Shown: positions 59,262-64,000 of the stretch, piece by piece
Numbering within the stretch: the first letter of the stretch is position 1
Layout: every line of letters begins with the position of its first letter
Source of the DNA: Chloroflexota bacterium
Lineage (GTDB): Bacteria; Chloroflexota; Dehalococcoidia; UBA2979
Length of the DNA: 64,000 nt
Direction of reading: 5' to 3'
Assembly (NCBI GenBank): GCA_027593235.1
Contig: JAQCIU010000003.1
Location: 64,001 to 128,000, forward strand
The notes under the pieces: generated by a model
Databases searched by the model: none
Told to the model about the DNA's origin: nothing
Seen by the model: only the letters and a program-made list of their open reading frames with translations
Translations under genes and position numbers: made by a program

Positions 59262-60221
59262 GTGGACGGTTGGTCGCGAGCGGGGGCGGCGGTGACGGCG
59301 GGACGCTGGTTCATCCTCGGGCTGGGGATCATCGGTATTTCCTGGTCAGCGCCGCTGATCCGGCTCGCCGATCCCGCGCCCGTGCTCGCGATCGCGGCAC
59401 TGCGGCTCGTCTTCGCCTCGCCAGCGATGCTCGCGTACGCGTCGGTCCGAGGCGTGGGCGATCTGCGGGAGTCGAGGCGCGGGGAGCGGATCGCGCTGGT
59501 GCTTTCAGCGCTGGCACTCGCGCTGCACTTCGCGCTCTGGATCGCGGCGCTACAGCGCACCTCGGTGGTGACCGGTGTCGTGCTGGTCACGATGCAACCG
59601 ATCTTCGTTGGTCTGGGCGCCTGGATCGTGCTGCGGGAGCGGCCGACACGCGCGCTGGTGATCGGCTCGGCGATCGCCCTCGTCGGCGCCGCACTCCTCG
59701 CTGGCGACGACCTCGGTGACCGCGGATCGCTGGAGGGCGATCTGCTGGCGCTGGGCGGCGGGCTGCTCTCCAGCGCGTACCTCGTGATCGGGCGGAGTGC
59801 GCGGCGGCGCATCTCCACGGCGAGCTACGGCGCCAGCGTTTACACGCTGACGGCGTTGTTCCTGCTAGTGGCGGTCGCCGTCAGCGGGACGCCGCTGACC
59901 GGGCACCCGGCCAGCTCGTACCTCGCGATTCTCGCCGTGGCGGTGGTGTCGCAACTGATCGGCCACAACGCGATGAACTGGGCGCTCGGCTTCCTGCCGG
60001 CGGCGGTGGTGGCGATCGCGATCCTCGGCGAGCCGGTTGGCGCGACGGTGATCGCCGCGTTCGTCCTCGACGAGGTGCCTACACTGCTGGAGCTTGCCGG
60101 AGCAATGGTCGTGCTGGCTGGCGTCTACGTGGCGCTGCGGCACGCGGCGCCGGTGATTGCACCCGAACCGATTGCGCCGGAGATCGCGGCGATGACTGGT
60201 CCGGCGAAGCCGGACGCCTGA
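59262..60221 (+). CDS. DMT/EamA family transporter
   Basis: About 10 TM; TSV, LRERP, GDLLAL, GH...NWAL, GEPVGA. Confidence 0.9.
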   Translation: MDGWSRAGAAVTAGRWFILGLGIIGISWSAPLIRLADPAPVLAIAALRLVFASPAMLAYASVRGVGDLRESRRGERIALVLSALALALHFALWIAALQRTSVVTGVVLVTMQPIFVGLGAWIVLRERPTRALVIGSAIALVGAALLAGDDLGDRGSLEGDLLALGGGLLSSAYLVIGRSARRRISTASYGASVYTLTALFLLVAVAVSGTPLTGHPASSYLAILAVAVVSQLIGHNAMNWALGFLPAAVVAIAILGEPVGATVIAAFVLDEVPTLLELAGAMVVLAGVYVALRHAAPVIAPEPIAPEIAAMTGPAKPDA

Positions 60222-60261
60222 CCCGCCGGTCCAACGAAGCGCTGACGAAGGAGACACCTCG

Positions 60262-61500
60262 ATGCCGGCATTGGCGACGACCGGTCCGCTGTCCGGACTG
60301 CGCATCCTCGATCTGACGTGGGTGCTGTCCGGGCCGTTCGCGACGATGACGTTGAGCGACCTGGGCGCCGACGTGATCAAGCTGGAGCGGCCGCCGTTTG
60401 GCGACGTGTCGAGGACGACCGGTCCGCTGGTGGACGGAGAGTCCGGCTACTTCTTCTCCGTGAACCGCGGCAAACGCTCGATCTCGATCGACCTCAAGTC
60501 CGAGGAGGGCAAGGCGCTGTTCCGTCAGCTCGTCGGCGAGGTGGACGTGCTGGTCGAGAACTTTACGCCGGGCGCGATGGACGGCCTGGGCCTCGGCTAC
60601 CCGGCGCTCTCGGAGGTGAATCCGCGACTGATTTACGCGGCGATCTCGGGCTACGGCCAGACCGGACCGATGGCGAAGCTGCCGGCGCTCGACGTGATCG
60701 TGCAGGGCGCGGGCGGGGTGATGTCGATTACCGGCGAGCCCGGCGGCGTTCCAACGCGCCCGGGCTTCTCGCTCGGCGACATCGCGGCGGGGCTCTACTG
60801 CGCGGTCGGGATCCTGGCGGCGCTGCGCGAGCGGGAGCAGTCGGGGCTGGGGCAGCTCGTCGACATCTCGATGCTGGACTGCCAGATCGCGATCCTCGAG
60901 AACGCGTTCATGCGGTACCACGTGACGGGGGAGACGCCGGTGCCGCTGGGGACGCGGCACCCCACGGCGGTCCCGTTCCAGGCGTTTCCGACGAAGGACG
61001 GGTACCTCGTACTCGCGCTCGCCTGGGGGGTGCCCAACCAGTGGGCGCTGCTCTGCGCGGAGCTGGACGTGCACGAGTTGATCGACGACGAACGATTCGC
61101 GACGGCGCAGGTCCGCTCGGCGAACCACGCAGCCCTCGAGCCGTTGCTGATCGAGGCGTTCGCGAAGCGGACGACGGAGGAGTGGGTGACCGCCCTGCAA
61201 CCGTACGGGATGCCGGTCGGACCACTGAACAACATCCCGACGACGGCGGCACTGCCGCAGGTGGCGGAGCGCGGCGCGCTGGTGCCGACCCCGCACCACA
61301 CGATCGGCACGATCCCGCTGACGAACACGCCGGTGAAACTGTCGCGGACGCCGGGTGGGATCAAGGGCACTTCGCCGGACATGGGGCAGCACAGCCGCGA
61401 GGTCCTCGCGGAGTTGTTGGGCCTCGATAGCGGTGCGATCGAGGCCTTGATCGCACGCGAGGTGGTGCGCGACGAGCGTGCCGAGGTGGAACTGGGCTAG
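60262..61500 (+). CDS. CaiB/BaiF family III CoA-transferase
   Basis: RILDLTWVLSGPF, NRGKRSI, ENFTPG, ISGYGQTGP. Confidence 0.93.
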   Translation: MPALATTGPLSGLRILDLTWVLSGPFATMTLSDLGADVIKLERPPFGDVSRTTGPLVDGESGYFFSVNRGKRSISIDLKSEEGKALFRQLVGEVDVLVENFTPGAMDGLGLGYPALSEVNPRLIYAAISGYGQTGPMAKLPALDVIVQGAGGVMSITGEPGGVPTRPGFSLGDIAAGLYCAVGILAALREREQSGLGQLVDISMLDCQIAILENAFMRYHVTGETPVPLGTRHPTAVPFQAFPTKDGYLVLALAWGVPNQWALLCAELDVHELIDDERFATAQVRSANHAALEPLLIEAFAKRTTEEWVTALQPYGMPVGPLNNIPTTAALPQVAERGALVPTPHHTIGTIPLTNTPVKLSRTPGGIKGTSPDMGQHSREVLAELLGLDSGAIEALIAREVVRDERAEVELG

Positions 61501-61502
61501 CC

Positions 61503-62009
61503 CTACCCCTGCTGCTTCGCCCACTCGACGAGTTGATCGAGGGCGGTGCCCCAGCCGTCGTGGAAGCCCATCTCCTTGTGCCGCTGCCGGTCCGCGGGGT
61601 TCGCGTGCAGCACGAGGGCGGTGTACTTCGTCCCTGATCCCGCGGGCTCAATCGAAATGCGTGCGGTGAGGGGGAGGTCCGCGTCGTCGCCGATGTTCGA
61701 CCCGCTGTTGGGCCGGTAGCCCGGCGCGAGGGCGCTGGTCCAGGTCAGGCGCTGGCCCGGGACCACTTCGAGATAGCAGCCCTCGTTGCGGTGGTCCTCG
61801 CCTTCCGGCGACCGCATGACCGTCACGAACCGGCCGCCCGGGCGCAGGTCGATCTCGCAGCCGGTGGTTTGCCACGGGCGTGGGGTGAACCACTGCTTGA
61901 GCTGTTCCGGCTCGGTCCAGGCGCGCCACACGAGGTCGGGGGACACATCGACCACACGCTCGAGGAGCAGGTCGCGCTCGGGGTCGAACTGGTGGGTTGA
62001 GTCGGTCAT
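61503..62009 (-). CDS. SRPBCC/Aha1-like protein
   Basis: VWRAWTEPEQLKQWF, DLRPGG, HKEMGFHDGW. Confidence 0.9.
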   Translation of the reverse strand: MTDSTHQFDPERDLLLERVVDVSPDLVWRAWTEPEQLKQWFTPRPWQTTGCEIDLRPGGRFVTVMRSPEGEDHRNEGCYLEVVPGQRLTWTSALAPGYRPNSGSNIGDDADLPLTARISIEPAGSGTKYTALVLHANPADRQRHKEMGFHDGWGTALDQLVEWAKQQG

Positions 62010-62344
62010 CGGTTCTTGTCCTTCATCTTGAGCAGGTGTTCGTCGAGCCGATCGAGCCGCCGTTCCCAGATCCGCAGTTGCTCCGCCATCCAGTGTTCGG
62101 CCGACTCGAGGGGTTGCGGGACGAGCCGGTAGGTCCGCACTCGTCCCTCTTTTCGCGACGCGACGAGGCCGCAGTCCTCGAGGACGCCGAGGTGCTGGGT
62201 GAAGGACGGCAGCGCCATGTCGAACGGTCGTGCGAGTTCGCTGGTGGTGGCGGAGCCGCCGCCGAGCCGCTCGATGACGGCGCGCCTGGTCGGGTCGGTG
62301 AGTGCCTGGAAGACGCGATTGAGTTCGGCGGATTGGTTAGGCAT
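62006..62344 (-). CDS. ArsR/SmtB family regulator
   Basis: VFQALTDPTRRAVI, QHLGVLE..GLV...K.GRVR; ATGA-coupled to the SRPBCC gene. Confidence 0.92.
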   Translation of the reverse strand: MPNQSAELNRVFQALTDPTRRAVIERLGGGSATTSELARPFDMALPSFTQHLGVLEDCGLVASRKEGRVRTYRLVPQPLESAEHWMAEQLRIWERRLDRLDEHLLKMKDKNR

Positions 62345-62389
62345 GTGCCTAACTGTAGGTCTGGATGATACTCAGGTCAATACCTAACT
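62336..62389. promoter_or_regulatory. Two ArsR autoregulatory operator-like inverted repeats
   Basis: Perfect GTTAGGCA-TG-TGCCTAAC (62336-53) over the start codon; imperfect CTCAGGT-CAAT-ACCTAAC (62371-88). Confidence 0.65.
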
Positions 62390-62667
62390 ATCCGCTCGTT
62401 CGAGAGCGCGTGGCGTTCGGCTACGCTTGCCCACTCGTCGCTCCGGCGGATCGGCGGGAATTTCGAGGGGCGCGTGAGGGAGAGCTGCCGTGTGAGGTCA
62501 CGATCGTCTTGCGAGTTTGTGACAGATCGCGCAACATACAGACCGTTGTTGCCGCCCTCGTCGGCTATGATGTTCGACTCCCCGTGGGCCCACCCCGATC
62601 TTTGCCTCACGGACGGAAGAATGGTCTCACCGTGACTCCAGGCGATCGCCCGTCTCAGACGGGCCGT

Positions 62668-64000
62668 ATGTCCAACGCATTCCCGGAAGCCGGTGGCGTG
62701 ATGGCGCCCGCGTGGCCGGGGCGCGACGCCTGTGGCACGGGCTTCGTCGCGAGCATTGAGGGCGTCCGCAGTCACAGCCTGGTGGAGCTGGCGATTCAGG
62801 CGGTGGTTTCGCTGACGCACCGCGGCGCGGTGAACGCCGATCCGCTCACCGGCGACGGCACGGGCATCACGATCGAGATCCCGTTCGAGCTGCTGCGCGA
62901 GGATTGCGAGCGCCTGGGTTCGCCGATCGAGGATCGCGACGACCTTGGCGTGGCGATGGTGTTCTTGCCGCACGTGGAAGCGGACCGCCCCGCGGCGCGC
63001 GCCGCCCTCGAAGAGGAAGTGCAGCGCGTCGGGATCAGCCTGATCGGCTGGCGCGAGGTTCCGCACGACCCGGGACAGCTCGGACCGCAGGGCCTCGATA
63101 CGGTGCCCGGCATCGAGCAGCTGTTGCTGCGCCGCCCGGCTGAGCTACACGGCCCGGAGTTCGAGCGGCGTCTGTACCTGGCGCGCCGGCGCGCGGAGCG
63201 GACGTTCCGCGAGCAACACCTGGACGCCTACGTTGTCTCGATGTCATCACGCACGGTGGTCTACAAGGGCCTGATGATCGCTCCGCGCTTGCAGGCATTC
63301 CTTCCGGATCTGGCGGACGAGCGCGTGCAGTCGCGCACGGCGTTGTTCCACCAGCGCTACGCCACCAACACGTTGCCCGAGTGGAACATCGCGCAGCCGT
63401 TCCGGATGGTCGCCCACAACGGCGAATTCAACACGCTGCTGGGCAACCGGAACTGGATGACGGCGCGCGAGCCGGATCTGAATTCAGCGATCTGGGGCGA
63501 GGATGTCGCCGATCTGACGCCGGTGATCCACCCACTGGGCTCGGACACCGCCTCGTTCGATGAGGCGCTCGAGTTGCTGGTGATGTCGGGACGGGACCTG
63601 CTGCACTCGATGCGCATGTTGATCCCCGAGGCGTGGGAAAACATGCCGAACATCCACCCGCACCTGCGGTCGTTCTACGAGTACCACGCGGCGCTGATGG
63701 AGCCATGGGACGGTCCGGCCGCCGTGGTGTTCACCAACGGCAGCACCACCGGCGCGGTGATGGACCGCAACGGGCTGCGCCCGGCGCGATACCAGGTGAC
63801 CGACGACGGCATGGTGATTATGGGTTCCGAGGTTGGGCTGATCGACATGCCCGCCCGGACGGTCGTGGAGTCGGGCCGGATCGGGCCTGGGCAGATGATC
63901 GCGGTCGACACCGCGCGCAAGACGTTCCTGCACGACCAGGACATCGCGCGCGAACTGGTGCAGCGCCGTCCCTACGGCGAGTGGGTGGATCGCCACCTGG
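62668..64000 (+). CDS. gltB: Glutamate synthase large subunit, 5' part (runs off the window; missing from the ORF track)
   Basis: RDACGTGFVA, HRGA...DGTG, VVYKG, HQRYATNT, HNGEFNT..GN, SDTASFD, MEPWDGPA, DRNGLRP. Confidence 0.95.
   Translation, partial: MSNAFPEAGGVMAPAWPGRDACGTGFVASIEGVRSHSLVELAIQAVVSLTHRGAVNADPLTGDGTGITIEIPFELLREDCERLGSPIEDRDDLGVAMVFLPHVEADRPAARAALEEEVQRVGISLIGWREVPHDPGQLGPQGLDTVPGIEQLLLRRPAELHGPEFERRLYLARRRAERTFREQHLDAYVVSMSSRTVVYKGLMIAPRLQAFLPDLADERVQSRTALFHQRYATNTLPEWNIAQPFRMVAHNGEFNTLLGNRNWMTAREPDLNSAIWGEDVADLTPVIHPLGSDTASFDEALELLVMSGRDLLHSMRMLIPEAWENMPNIHPHLRSFYEYHAALMEPWDGPAAVVFTNGSTTGAVMDRNGLRPARYQVTDDGMVIMGSEVGLIDMPARTVVESGRIGPGQMIAVDTARKTFLHDQDIARELVQRRPYGEWVDRHL

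Noticed and set aside
62572-62594. tRNA 3'-end-like GTTCGACTCCCC...CACC (possible att site)
   Set aside because: The 5' strand of the T-stem does not pair, there is no cloverleaf or integrase, and it directly follows a TATGAT -10-like hexamer of gltB.

Overview
A very GC-rich, gene-dense chromosomal window with about 65 genes. The gene repertoire (F420-type LLM, CoA-transferases, Ltp2/DUF35 pair, LuxR-HTH-TM protein, baeRF, SH3-DacA) suggests Chloroflexota/Dehalococcoidia, or a similar high-GC Terrabacterium; this is an inference. I found no rRNA, tRNA, CRISPR array, transposase or integrase. Content includes two class III nucleotide cyclases, CopB with a cytochrome c, clpB with a HAIR-like operator, a two-component system, a tRNA nucleotidyltransferase beside a baeRF/Vms1-like release-factor homologue, a sirtuin, an acyl-CoA catabolic cluster and the 5' part of gltB. 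Strongest leads: (1) an unannotated thioredoxin-fold lipoprotein selenoprotein (W-U-P-T-C with a SECIS-like hairpin, 56224-56790); (2) an operon of three membrane-anchored Rieske-fold paralogues that have lost their [2Fe-2S] ligands in different ways, with no cytochrome b nearby (49617-51375); (3) a baeRF + HD-nucleotidyltransferase pair resembling a ribosome-rescue/tRNA-repair module; (4) a thioredoxin-CRP/FNR fusion; (5) a repeated three-hairpin intergenic element and a DnaA-box cluster. Three premature stops and one apparently lost stop can each be explained by a single G:C>T:A change. This may be a sequencing artefact or a mutator signature, and it is a caveat on the Sec call. All assignments come from motif reading; no database searches were run.
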